DNA from: Anolis carolinensis
Taxonomy: Eukaryota
Direction: 5' to 3'
Length of the DNA: 64,000 nt
NCBI RefSeq assembly: GCF_035594765.1
Contig: NC_085844.1
Span: 197,052,107-197,116,106 of the forward strand
Below are positions 24,795-36,081 of this stretch, in pieces. The notes under the pieces were generated by a model, which saw nothing but the letters and a program-made list of their open reading frames with translations, did no database searches and was not told the origin of the DNA. How positions within the stretch are numbered: the stretch's first letter is position 1; every line of letters starts with the position of its first letter. Both the position numbers and the translations under genes were made by a program.

Positions 24795-26670
24795 GGAATC
24801 ATAGAATTACACAGTTGGATGAGACCATACAGACCAAACATTTCAGCCCCTACCATGCAGGCAAAGCACAATCAAAGCACCCCCAACAGATGGCCATTCA
24901 CCTGTTGAGTGATTTCAGCTCTGCAAGAACCACAGGTTCAGAAGTTCAGTGTGTCAAGTTCTCCAAAGGACCAAACAGACAGGATGAAGACAAAGAATTG
25001 AGGCTATTCTACTTTGGTCAAAAGAGGATGTCAGTAGGGTTTGCACTCCAAAGACTGACATAACATACAGAAATATTTAAAGCATTCTGACATTGGTTTG
25101 AAACAAAGGACTTTGCTGCTCTGGTTGCTGATTGGTCTAGATCGTGGCCAGTTAGTATCAGCTCCCTGATAGGAGCAGGAGTGCCATCCTGCATAACTAT
25201 TGATTGCCTCCAGGCATGCGACAAATTTAATAAATTGTCATTACTCAGTTTGAAGTTTTGTGGCTGTTCCTTGTTCCACCTCTCATGGTGGTAGGAAGGA
25301 AAGAATGTGGGTGAATCAGAGGTAATGGGATTTGATGGCCTTATTCCTGCCTGGCCAGAACATAATGGGTTTTGACTGATCATACAATGGGTGCTGAGGA
25401 TGTTGGCACACTTTGAATGGGATTCCCAGGGAGGGGATCCGATTGGCAATCAGGATGAGGAAATGTTCCCAGGAAAATACTGAGATAAAATCTGGAAAGA
25501 ACCCTGTAGCTCTTTCTAAGTCCATTATATGTCTCCAAAGGCATTGTGAAGGGAGTAGGGTTATGCTTAATGTTGAGCCCTGCCCTCAACATTAAGCATA
25601 ACCCATGGGGTGTGTATGTAGTGCTTATGCACCTTTTTGGTAAGTTCCCTGAGAAGTTACTTGAAACTGGGAAAAGGGTGATTGGGGGCTTCCTTGCTAG
25701 CACTTATAGAAACATGGATTTTGGAGCTCAATTTGGGGTCCTGGTGTTTTATTTATTTATTTATTTATTTATTTTACTTGTATACCGCTACTCCCAGTTT
25801 GGCTAGGAGCAGTTTACAGAAATAGATTAAAACAATAAAATTAGCTTTAAAATAACAATAAAAACAATAAAAACAACAATAAAAACAACAATAAAAACAA
25901 ATATATAGTTTTGATAACACAACCTCTGTTTAAAAGCCTCCAAAGAAAACTTCATCACCAGTGGAGTTCCACTGTTGAAAAGCTTTTACATACAGCCTAA
26001 TATTCAGGTGGAATCTCCTTTCCTGTAATTTCAACCCATTACTCCAAATCCTATGACCTCAGCATATGCCTCCAAACTGGATATGCTCAGCGGGGGGAAT
26101 CTGTTGCCCCACAACCTGCATCGTCCAGCTTCCACCCCACCACATCTCATGGGGAATGCATTTGCTGCCTGCCTTCCTCCATTGATCTCAATTCAACATG
26201 GGAAACTTCGCATGTTGCCACAGTGGCAGCATATGTTGCTTCATCTGCAGTTTTGTCATGGAGCTCTGCCAGAAGTAGTTCTATATCGTGGGAAGGGATC
26301 CAACAGGCTCCATCGCAAAACTACAGATGAACTGGCATATGGTGCCAAAAATAGCCCCATATGATTAGGTTGTTAGTCTCCAGGGCAGCAGAAAACACGC
26401 CTGCTCCTTCTTTCTCATGACATTCTTTCAAATACTTAAACATGGCTATCATAACTCTTCTCAATCTTCTCTTCTGCAGTCTAAACATACCAAGCTTTTA
26501 AAGCTACTCCTGATAGGGCATTGCTTCCAGACATTTGATCATTTTAATTGTCCTCCTTGGAATACACATTCTGCTTGTCAAAATCCTTCTTGAATGATGG
26601 TGCCCAGAATGGACATGGTATTCCAGGTGAGTAGAATAGAGGGACACCACTATTTCCCTTGATCTAGAGG
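24795..26670 (-). mobile_element. Fragmented old CR1 (3' part) interrupted by other repeat debris
   Basis: catagaat tail at ~24800; segments 25925-26050 and 26365-26670 are reverse complements of CR1 3' sequence; an L2/SINE tail lies at ~25745-25900. Confidence 0.6.
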
Positions 26671-26927
26671 CCTGGTTTGAGAATGAGTTATTAATAATGG
26701 ATGTTTGGCATTTCTTATTGTTCCAGGGGCCTCATATAAATATATATTGTGATATACACATTTTTAAAATGCCATAGTATTTTCTTCCTCAGAACTTCAT
26801 CTATCATTTTGTTCTTTTATTTTTCTCTTTCACAAAAGCCATGTTCTTTGGAAGCTTGTTTAAACCAAGTTAATGGCCTTTTAGGCTTCCTCCATGTGAA
26901 TAGGAGTTCACCTTTTGAATAATAAGT

Positions 26928-27407
26928 GCAGCTGGCTAGTAGCCAGCAGCAATAAATCACTACTGACTGAGAGGTCATTGGTTCGAAGCCTGAGTTGGGA
27001 TTAAGCTCCGACCATTAATAGCCTATCATGCTGCCCACCAAGCAGCTCAGAAACAGTTGCGGCTATGAGTAGAGAATCTAGGTACTGCTTAATGCGGGGA
27101 AGCTAATTTAACTTAATTTACAACACCATAAAACTGCCGGTATGTAAAGAGCAATCAGGAAGTACTACCATCAAAATGGACTTGGTGTCACAGTGGATGA
27201 TGAAGCAGCAGCTCCCCCTGTGGCCGGAATAGAGCATAGCCTCATGAAGCCGGAAACTGGAAAATGTTAAATTGCCTCTATTGTCTGTATGTTGTATGTC
27301 TAATAATGGCATTGAATGTTTGCCATGTATAGGAGCATTGTAATCCACCCTGAGTCCCCTTCGGGGTAAGAAGGGCAGAATATAAATACTGTAAATAAAT
27401 AAATAAA
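26928..27407 (+). mobile_element. Sauria-type SINE
   Basis: B box ggttcgaagcc, body, 3' ccctgagtccccttcgggg..gggcagaatataaat and (AAAT)n tail. Confidence 0.8.
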
Positions 27408-27589
27408 TTATAAGAATTACAGGTAGTCCCCCAAGTTACAAACATCTGACTTACAAATTATTCATTGTTACAAATGGGGGTGAGACAACAGGAAGTGAGA
27501 TAAATCTACACTTCAGAGGGGAAATTCACTCCTGAAAAAGTTATCATGGGGAAAAAGTGTTGTTTTTTTTTACTTTATCACCAATCCTT

Positions 27590-28015
27590 TATCATTAAGG
27601 GTCTGGAGCCCTATGAGGAGCAGCTGAAAGAGCTGGGCATGTTTAGCCTGCAGAAGAGAAGGCTGAGAGGAGACATGATGACCATGTATAAATATGTGAA
27701 GGGAAGTCATAGTGAGGAGGGAGCAAGCTTGTTTTATGCTGAACTGGAGACCAGGATGTGGAACAATGGCTTCAAACTGCAGGAAAGGAGATTCCACCTG
27801 AACATTAGGAAGAACTTCCTAACTGTAAGGAGGGCTGTTCAGCAGTGGAACTCTCTGCCCTGGAGTGTGGTGGAGGCTCCTTCTTTGGGAGGCTTTTAAA
27901 CAGAAGCTGGATGGCCATCTGTCAGGGGTGCTTTGAATGCAATCTTCCTGCTTCTTGGCAGGGTGCTGGACTGGATGGCCCATGAGGTGTCTTCCAATTC
28001 TGATTCCATGATTCT
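27590..28015 (+). mobile_element. CR1 LINE 3' fragment
   Basis: IKGLE..YEEQLKELGMFSLQKRRLRGDM..WNSLP C-terminus, tail repeats, flanking direct repeat aatcctt (27583-27589 / 28016-28022). Confidence 0.92.
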
Positions 28016-29340
28016 AATCCTTGTTTCTACAACAAGCCAAATTTGACAAAATCCAATTATCACAGGAAAAGAGAGGTAAAATCTTCTGAACAGACAGCCA
28101 GCAAAACAAACACCACAGGGCTGTTAACCCTTCACTATGCTATCCAAAGTTTATACATATCTATACACATAATAAAAACGAAAATATGTATGTGTGTATG
28201 AGTGGCAGGAGTGTCCACATACACAGACACACTCCTGCCTCCACTAAAAGCTATAACTCCCACTACTCAGGAAACACCAATGGCCCTCCCTCCAATGACA
28301 TTACAGGTTATAGTTTCCAAGAGCCCTTTCAATGTCCTCCACCAGCACAGTACTGCCCACCACCCAAGTGAAGGTTTTCATATGGGGACAAATTCATCCT
28401 AGATTTTATGTGTTTCCTTCACCACAGACATCCCAGTGTTTCTTACTCTCTCCATTGCTGTGGAATTTGCATGACCCCGCCCACTGCCTGTCCTTAGCTA
28501 TTCTTTTCCATGGCACACAGCAAACAGAGGAACTGATCAGCAGCTGAACATACTAGATTGGTTTGGGGATAATTCACCATGATTTATAGGAGTTGTAGGT
28601 ACTGAGATGTATAGTTCACCTGCAATCCAAGAGCACTCTGAACTCCACCAATGATGGACCTGGAACTAACTTGGCACACAGAACCCCCATGACCAACAAA
28701 AAATACTGGAGGTCTTTAGAGTTGTAGTTCACCTACATCCAGAGCGCACTATGAACCCAAACAATGATGGATCTGGACCAAACTTGGCATGTATACCCGA
28801 TATGCCCAAATTTGAATACTGGTGGGTTTTGAGGGGAATTGGCCTGGACATTTTGGAGTTACAAGTATTGGGATGTACAGTTCACCTGCAATCAATGAGC
28901 ACTCTGAACTCCACCAAAGATGGAATTGGACAAAACTTGGTGCACAGAGCCCCTATGACCAGCCAAAAATACTGGAGGTCTCTGGGGAAAATTCCCCTTG
29001 ATTTGGGGGAGTTGTAGTTCATCTACATCCAGAGAGCACTGCAAACCCAAACACCGATGGATCTGGACCAAACTTGGCACACATACTTGATATGCCAAAA
29101 TTTGATTACTGGAAGAGTTTAGGGGAAACTGGCCTTCCTTTCTGGATGTTGTTGTTCACCCACAACCGGAGAAACTGTGACGTCCACTGATGACGGACCT
29201 GGACCAAACTTGACACACAGAGCCCCCATGACTAACTCCCCTACTGGAGGGGTTTGAGGGGACTGACTCACCATAGTGGGAGTTGTAGTTTACCCCACAG
29301 CTGGAGAGCACATTGAACCCCAACAATGATGCATCTAGAG

Positions 29341-29922
29341 CAGGCACGAGGGGGCCAGACTCGAAGGGAGGGCAGCCGGGCACACGCTGGGTGGGATGGG
29401 ACTGGGGTGGAGAGGGCCTGGGAGAGGGAGGAACCAGGAGGGGTGGAGCAGGGCTCGGGTCATTCTCAAGTTGTCCTCCTGGCATAAGGACAGGGATGCT
29501 CACCCATCTTTATGCTGGGAAGAAAACGAGACATGTGGCGATTGCCCTGATCCTCCTTCCCAATACTCCTCCCTTGATTTTCAGGCTGTCCTCCCAGCAT
29601 TATGTCAAGAGGAGGGCGAGACAGGTGATGTCCGAGAGCACTCTGGAGGGCTCCCAACCACTGTGTGCCTTCCTCGAGCCATCCTCCCGGCATAAGTACA
29701 GGGCTGCTCGCATCATCCTTATGCCGGGAGGAGGGCAAAGACATGCGATGGTTGAGGGCACTCCAGAGGGCTCTCAGCTGCTGTGTGCCTTCTTTCTCAT
29801 ACTTTCTGCATAAGGATGCGGTGGGCAACCTTATGCCAAGAGGACAGGGAAAATGAGGAGGGTCTGAGGTAGGTGCCCAGGGGGTTGCATCCGGCCCGTG
29901 GGCCTTAGTTTGCCCATGCCTG
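29341..29922. mobile_element. hAT non-autonomous element
   Basis: Perfect 8-bp TSD atctagag (29333-29340 / 29923-29930); ends caggca / tgcctg. Confidence 0.88.
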
Positions 29923-30010
29923 ATCTAGAGCAAACTTGCTCAACATAACAAACTTTAAATATTGAGTTTTTCAGGGTTCACCTGGCATGATGTCAGTTGT
30001 TCATCTACAA

Positions 30011-30319
30011 CAGTGGTTCCCAAACTTATTTGGCCTGCTGCCCCCTTTCCAGAAAAAAATATGAATTAGCGCCCCCTGGAAAGGGGGGCGTGGCTTAGAG
30101 GGATGGGCATGGCTCCTGTTCAGGAAGACAGGGCTGAGCCTCTCCCCTAGTCCAAGATGCGGGGCTGGGAGGGGGAGGTGGGCGGGGCCACCAATGGGCG
30201 GCCAGATTCTCAGCCCCATCTTGGGCTCTTGGGAAGAAGCCATGCCCCTTCCCTGGCCCCAACCCCATGTCCAAATAGTGCCCACCAGGAAGCAGTAGCT
30301 CCTACTTTGGGAATCACTG
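30011..30319. mobile_element. hAT non-autonomous element (deleted derivative of the family at 63414)
   Basis: TIRs cagtggttcccaaa / tttgggaatcactg; perfect 8-bp TSD atctacaa. Confidence 0.92.
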
Positions 30320-30399
30320 ATCTACAACCTTAAGCATTTTGTACAAATAAAATTTGACTTTTTCAAATAACCTGAGCAACACCGGATACCCAAGCTATA

Positions 30400-30698
30400 C
30401 AGTAGAGTCTCACTTATCCAACATAAATGGGCCAGCAGAATGTTGGATAAGCAAACATGTTGGATAATAAGGAGGGATAAAGGAAAAGCCTATTAAACAT
30501 CAAATTAGGTTATGATTTTACAAATTAAGCACCAAAACATCATGTTATACAACAAATTTGTCAGAAAAAGTAGTTCAATACTGTATTTACGAATTTAGCA
30601 CCAAAATATCATAATGTATTGAAAACATTGACTACAAAAATGCGTTGGATAATCCAGAATGTTGGATAAGCGAGTGTTGGATAAGTGAGACTCTACTG
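30400..30698. mobile_element. Tc1/mariner-type MITE
   Basis: TIR cagtagagtctcacttatccaa, TA TSD; second copy at 43358-43680. Confidence 0.92.
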
Positions 30699-31229
30699 TA
30701 TATATATATTTGGCTGGAGTTATACTTAAAAAATGTACCTGTTCTGACTTACATACAAATTCACCTTAAGAACAAACTTGGGAACCACTCATGTAGATAC
30801 TATACTCCTCTTGATGTAAAATCCCATTGGCTTTTTTAGCTGCTGCATCACATTACTGGCCCATGTTCAACTTGTGGTCTCCTAAGCCTCCAAGAGTGTT
30901 GTTTTCCTCCTTGGCTTCCTTTCCTCTGGGCTCTCCCCGAGGTGCCGCCATCTCCTCCTTTCCGCCTTAACAGAGAAGCCAGCCACAACCAGGAGTCGGT
31001 TGGAGGCGAAACCACCTTAACAGCCTCGCTGCCTCCCTTTTGCGGAGGACGGGGCTGAGTCTGTGGCAGGGCTTGGCTGCCGCGTTGCCATGACGAGCTT
31101 TTCCTCCAAGCAGGCGGGACTCCGCTTGGGGAAAGGCTGGGTTTGAAAAGAGAGAGAGAAAGAGAGAGAGGCCGGGCCCACGGCGCTGCGGCTTCGCAGA
31201 GTTTGAAGGGACCCCGCGCTTCGCTTCGT

Positions 31230-31540
31230 TGTCATTCCGGGAGGAGCCAGCCAGCCCTTCCTTTCTCCTCCCAAAGTCGGAGCGGAGGAGACTTGCGGTC
31301 CGAAAGCGCGGCGCTTCCTCTCCCCTCCTCCTTGTCCTCCTCCTTCCCGCCCCCTTCCTCCTCCTCTTCCTCCTCCTCCTCTATGGAAATCCAGGGGTTT
31401 TCCCCAGCCTGTGGCAGACTCGGGGACTGGAGGCGGAGGAAAGGCAACGGGAGCGGCAGCAGAAGCGTGTGAAGCGGCTCAAGTCTCGCTTCTGGGCCCG
31501 TGAAGTTGGGCAGTGGCCCCCTTCGTCTCCCAGAGTCCGA
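31230..31540 (+). other. Probable non-coding first exon (start approximate)
   Basis: Ends at consensus donor CGA|GTAAGT (GT at 31541) inside the CpG island; no recognisable protein. Confidence 0.6.
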
Positions 31541-32029
31541 GTAAGTCTCCCCTTTTCTCTTGTTTGTCTTGTCGGTTTCTCCCGCCTCTGAAAGGCGTTT
31601 CCCCGGGAAGGGAAAGCCAGGGCGGGAAGGCTGCGGCAGAGGCTACATTTCTGTCCTGGGCTTGCTTTGGAGGGAGCAGGAGCCAAGGGCGGGGAGGTGG
31701 GGAGCCAGGAAGCAAGGAAGAAAGGAGAGGCCCGCCTCGGGAGTGACAAACAACAACAGCCCTGCTTCGCGCACCGCCTTCGCCCCGGGCTTTCTGCCCC
31801 AGGAAAGTGCGATTTCCCTGGGCTGGGCGCGAAGCGAGGCGTGGAAAAATCAGGGTGTTCCCTGCCTGCGTCCGGCGGCAGAGGGGGAATCTTGGGCGGA
31901 GGGGCGGGCATTGGAAAGGAGGCGGACTCGGGACCCATCTCCACGGCCACATAATGCAGTTTACACCCACATCATGGAGTCCCTTACACTGGTCAGTGCG
32001 TGATACATGTCTACGCTAACTATACAACG

Positions 32030-32208
32030 CAGGCATGGGCAAACTTCGTCCCTCCGGGTGTTTTGGACTTCAACGCCCATCATTCCTGGCCTCAGGCCCT
32101 TTCCTTTCCCGCTTAAGCGGCTGAGGGGGGAAAGGAAGGGGCCTGAGGCCAGGAATAATGGGCGTTGAAGTCCAAAACACCCGGAGGGACGAAGTTTGCC
32201 CATGCCTG
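32030..32208. mobile_element. Palindromic hAT-type MITE inside the CpG island
   Basis: Near-perfect hairpin caggcatgggcaaacttcg...cgaagtttgcccatgcctg, TSD atacaacg/atacaacc. Confidence 0.92.
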
Positions 32209-32757
32209 ATACAACCCCAGACTGTGGAGTTTCCTAGGGACTCTTAAAGGATCCCCCCCCCCCACCCCCTAATCTTACAGTTTCCCCATATCGGTCTTGA
32301 TCCCTTTGGCCGCCCCTCTCTACCTCGGACCCATTCTTCCAGGTGAGGCCTGCCCCCAAAGCAGACGACAACTCTCTCTCTCTCTCTCTTCCCGCAACCG
32401 ACTACTCCCAGCACAGTCACCCGATTCTTCCTCTCCTTGGGGCAAGCACAATGCCGGGTCTGTGCCTTTTGCGAGGGCAGTTGGGGCGTGGAGTGCGGTG
32501 CGGGGGGGGGGGGGGGGGGGCTCTTCCGGCACGGTGTGTTTGCCCTCATCTACACTGGAGGACGAGCGCAGTTTGGACCCCCCTCCCATGCTGTAGGGTT
32601 TGGTCAGAGAGAGGCGGGGGGCGTGGGGTCTCCAAAGGCATCTCTGCAGCGGAGGGGCAACCGAAGGCGCCTCTCACCCAGAAAGGACGCCGCTGGACCC
32701 CACTTCCGTGGGAATCCCGGGAAATGTCCTTTTAGTGAAACCGAGAAAGCTGAGTTT

Positions 32758-33710
32758 CTGGGTTGCTGTTAGTTTTCTAGGCTGTATGGCCACGTTCCAG
32801 AAGCATTCTTTCCTGACGTTTCTCCTGCATCTATGGCAGGCATCCTCAGATGTTGTGAGGTCTTTTGGAAACTAAGCAAGGGAGGTTTATATATCTGTGG
32901 AATTTCCAGGATGGAAGAAATAACACTTGTCTGTTTGAGGCAGGTGTGAATGTTGCAATTAACCACCTTAATGGCCTTTCAACTTCAAGGTCTAGCTGCT
33001 TCCAACCTGGGGGAATCCTTGGTTGGGAGGTGCTAGCTGGCTTTGGTTGTTTCTTGTCTGGATTTCCCTGGTTTTGAGTACTGTTCTTTATTTACTGTCC
33101 TGATTTTAGAGTTTTTTTAAATACTGGTAGCCAGACTGTATTCATTTTCATGGATTCCTCCTTTCTGTTGAAATTGCCCACATGCTTATGGATTTCAATG
33201 GCTTCTCTGTGTAGTCTGACATGGTGAGAGTGGTCCAGCATTTCTGTGTTCTCCAATAATATGCAGCGTCCAGGTTGGTTCATCAAGTACTCTGCTATGG
33301 CTGACTTCTCTGGTTGGATTGATCTGCAGTGCCTTTCATGTTCCTTGATTCGTGCCTGGGCATTGCCGTGTTGGGTGGAATTCCAGACATGAATCATTCA
33401 GGGTCAACTAACACCTTCCAACAAAAGATTCCTCCAGACACTAAGCAGCTAGACCTTGGAGCTGCAAGGCTTTTCAATGCTAATCAAGGTGATTAATTGC
33501 AGCATTCCCACTTGCCTCCAGCAGACAAGTATTCTTTCTCCCACCCTGGACTTTCCAGAGATATATAAAGCCCTCTTGCCTAGTTTCCAACACACCTCAC
33601 AACTTCTGAGGGTGCCTTCCAAAGATGCAGGCGAAACGTCAGGAGAGAATGCTTCTGGAACATGGCCGTAAAGCCACATTAACTCAGTGATTCCGGCCAT
33701 GAAAGCTTTC
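32758..33710 (-). mobile_element. Penelope-like element (GIY-YIG 3' part) with inverted terminal repeat copy
   Basis: ORF 33092-33397 (RIKEHERHCR..EKSAIAE..REAIEI..NFNR) is the PLE endonuclease C-terminus; 33378-33710 is an inverted copy of the pseudo-LTR. Confidence 0.9.
32812..32860 (-). ncRNA. Penelope minimal hammerhead-ribozyme-like motif
   Basis: Minus strand reads CUGAGGA-U-GCCUGC(loop)GCAGGA-GAAAC-GUC-AGG; related copies at 33603-33643 (+) and 35432-35473 (-). Confidence 0.6.
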
Positions 33711-33770
33711 TCGTGATCCCACAGCATTGAGCCATGGCAGTTGAAGTGGAGTCAGAATAGATGGATTCTA

Positions 33771-33930
33771 TAATTAATTAATTAATTAATTATTATTTCA
33801 ATTATTTATACCCTGCCCTTCTCGCCCGAGGGGACTCAGGGCGGCTTACAAGTGGCACTTGATGCCGTTACACCGTTATACAATGAACTAAAACGTTCAA
33901 ACAGTTAAAACAGTCATAAAATACAATATC
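33771..33930 (-). mobile_element. L2/SINE 3' tail with (TAAT)n
   Basis: Reverse complement of the ...gtaagccgccc(c/t)gagtccc..gggtataaa tail seen at 41740-41790. Confidence 0.7.
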
Positions 33931-34019
33931 GTGCGGATGCAGCCGAAGAGTGGCTCTTCACTATAGTCGTGCAAGTTCAAACTGCATTATATGCTAGTGT
34001 AGATCCAGCCTGGGTTTCC

Positions 34020-34494
34020 TGTGCCGCACTGACCAATGGGCTGCGGGGGTGGGAGAAGGGAATGAGAGAGAGAGAAGCTTGCCGAATGCCGCCTAATCCG
34101 TGGCTTTTGAGGGGCGCGGCCGAAGAGAGCCGATCCCTCGCCTTTGCCTTCTCCACACAGAAATCCCCAGCATAGGATCTTTTAAGGGACGAGGGGCTTC
34201 AGTGTTGCAAAGCGGGGCGCGTGTGGAGGAATGTGGCGCCACTGCGGAGATGGGAGAGGAAGGGAGAGGGTGGGCTACCTCTGGGAGTCCAGGCAGAGGA
34301 GGAAGGCGCCTCCCAGCCTCCCTTGGCCGCCTGGGGCGGAGCAAGGGCGAAAGGGTCGGATGGGAGGCCGCCTGGTTCCTCTGCCCAGGTGAACTAGAAA
34401 CCAGGAGTGATGGGTTGGAGGTGTTTTGGAGGAAGTGGGGGAGAAAAAAATAGGGAAAAAGCCAGCCTGGTTGAACTTGTTCTGCTGCTCAAAT
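34020..34494 (+). promoter_or_regulatory. Second CpG-rich patch; candidate alternative promoter/first exon
   Basis: CCAAT at 34033-34037, GC boxes (ggggcgg), donor AAT|GTGAGT with GT at 34495. Confidence 0.5.
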
Positions 34495-34557
34495 GTGAGT
34501 GGAATCTCTTTCACACCCCATTCCTCCCCAGTCTTTCACATTCAGTAGGTGCTACTG

Positions 34558-34748
34558 CAGGCATGGGCACACTTGGGCCATCCAGGTGTTTTGGACTTCA
34601 ACTCCCACCATTCCTAACGGCCTCAGGCCCTTTCCTTTTCCCCCTCAGCTTAAGCGGCTGAGGGGGAAAAGGAAATGGCCTGAGGCCGTTAGGAATGGTG
34701 GGAGCTGAAGTCCAAAATACCTGGACGGCCCAAGTGTGCCCATGCCTG
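34558..34748. mobile_element. Palindromic hAT-type MITE
   Basis: caggcatgggcacacttgggcc...ggcccaagtgtgcccatgcctg; degenerate TSD tgctactg/agttactg. Confidence 0.9.
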
Positions 34749-35376
34749 AGTTACTGTCTCTCTCCTTTCCTCCCTGTATAAACCGCTTAATTGCAGGAAA
34801 AGAGATTACAGATTCTAGGAGCAGTTGACAAGGGTGGTGGTTGTGCCTTTCGCCCTCTGCTGATTATGAGGCTGAGGACGTCAACCAACCCCATAAAACG
34901 TTCATGCTAAAAAGACAAGGAGGGCTGGTAGAGGATCTGTAACCCTGTCCTTCTGTTGTTACGGCGCTGCTTCTTAAACTAGGTCCTGTGACCCCCCAAT
35001 GGGGTCCCCCTAGCTCAGTGTTGGGTCCACTAAAAATTATTTCGGCCACAGGATAAGGTTTCTGAACACCACCTTGACATTTACACAACTCTTTCAGCAA
35101 CAAGGTGCAGTGTTGATAGTGGACTCTGCAGAAATTGCTTCAGCTGTACTCCACAAACAGAAAAAATGTTTAGTAAGCCCTGCAAATACTGGTTTATGAT
35201 CTGTAAATGTTTGGTTTTTACATCTATTTTATACATCTGTATACCAGGGGTTGCATAAAAATTTCATCAGGCAGAAAGGGGTCATGAATGGAAAAAGCTT
35301 AAGTACTCCTGCTCTATAGATGTGAGGCCAAGGAATAAGAATCAACAAGTCCTCCCATGCTTAAAACAGACAAGAG

Positions 35377-36081
35377 GTTGGGTTGCTGTGAGTTTTCCAG
35401 GCTGTATTGCCATGTTCCAGAAGCATTCTCTCCTGATGTTTCACCCACATCTGTGGCAGGCATCTTCAGAGGTTGTGAGGTCTGTTGGAAACTAAGTAAG
35501 TGGGGTTTATATATCTGTGGAAGGTCCAGAGTGGGAGAAAGAACTCTTGTCTGCTCGAGGCAAGTGTGAATGTTGCAATTGGCCACCTTGATTAGCATTG
35601 AAAAACCTTGGAACTTCAAAGCCTGGCTGCTTCCTGTCGGGGGGAACCCATGCTTGTGGATTTCAGTTGCTTCTCTGTGTAGTCTAGTTAGTAGAGTGGT
35701 CCACCATTTCTGTGTTCTCAAATAATATGCTATGGACACTTTCAACAGAAAGGAGGAAACCATGAAAATGAACACAATCTGGCTACCAGTATTTGAAAAA
35801 TCTACAATCAGGACAGTAAATAAAGAACAACACTCTGAAAACAGGGGAATTCCAGACATGAATCAAACAGGGCCAGCTGACATCTTCCAACAAAGGATTT
35901 CCCCAGGCAGTAAGCAACCAGACCTTGAAGCTGCAAGGCCATTCAATGCTAATCAAGATGGCCAGTTGCAACATTCACACTTACCTCAAGCAGACAAGAG
36001 TTCTTTCTCCCACTCTGGACCTTCCACAGATATATAAACCCCACTTGCTTTGTTTCCAGCTACAAAAGCCTTCGACAACAC
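35377..36081. mobile_element. Second rearranged Penelope-like element (inverted halves)
   Basis: Homologous to 32758-33710; LHREATEIHKH (-) and FNRKEETMKMNTIWLPVF (+) endonuclease fragments. Confidence 0.9.

Larger units (their letters stand above)
28160..30397 (+). mobile_element. Non-autonomous Helitron-like element with internal tandem repeats
   Basis: 5' a|TCtatac..aataaaa start; 3' GC hairpin remnant (cctgagcaacaccggatacccaagcta); internal imperfect repeats of gttgtagttcacc..gagcact..ggacc..aacttggcac at 28580-29330. Confidence 0.6.
27420..30793. mobile_element. Tigger/pogo-like non-autonomous element (outer shell of a nest)
   Basis: TA|caggtagtcccccaagttac left end; sequence resumes after the inserts and ends in a degenerate TIR at ~30780-30793 followed by TA. 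Confidence 0.6.
30930..32750 (+). promoter_or_regulatory. CpG island / promoter of an unidentified host gene
   Basis: Sharp rise in GC and CpG, GC boxes, RFX X-box-like GTTGCCATGACGAG (31084-31097), pyrimidine-rich leader. Confidence 0.85.

Noticed and set aside
28560-29330. Regularly spaced repeats (CRISPR-like?)
   Set aside because: Eukaryotic context; imperfect tandem units inside a Helitron-like element, no unique spacers or cas genes.
31017-32875. Many overlapping 70-190 aa ORFs
   Set aside because: Expected stop-codon scarcity in a GC-rich CpG island; no domain similarity recognised.
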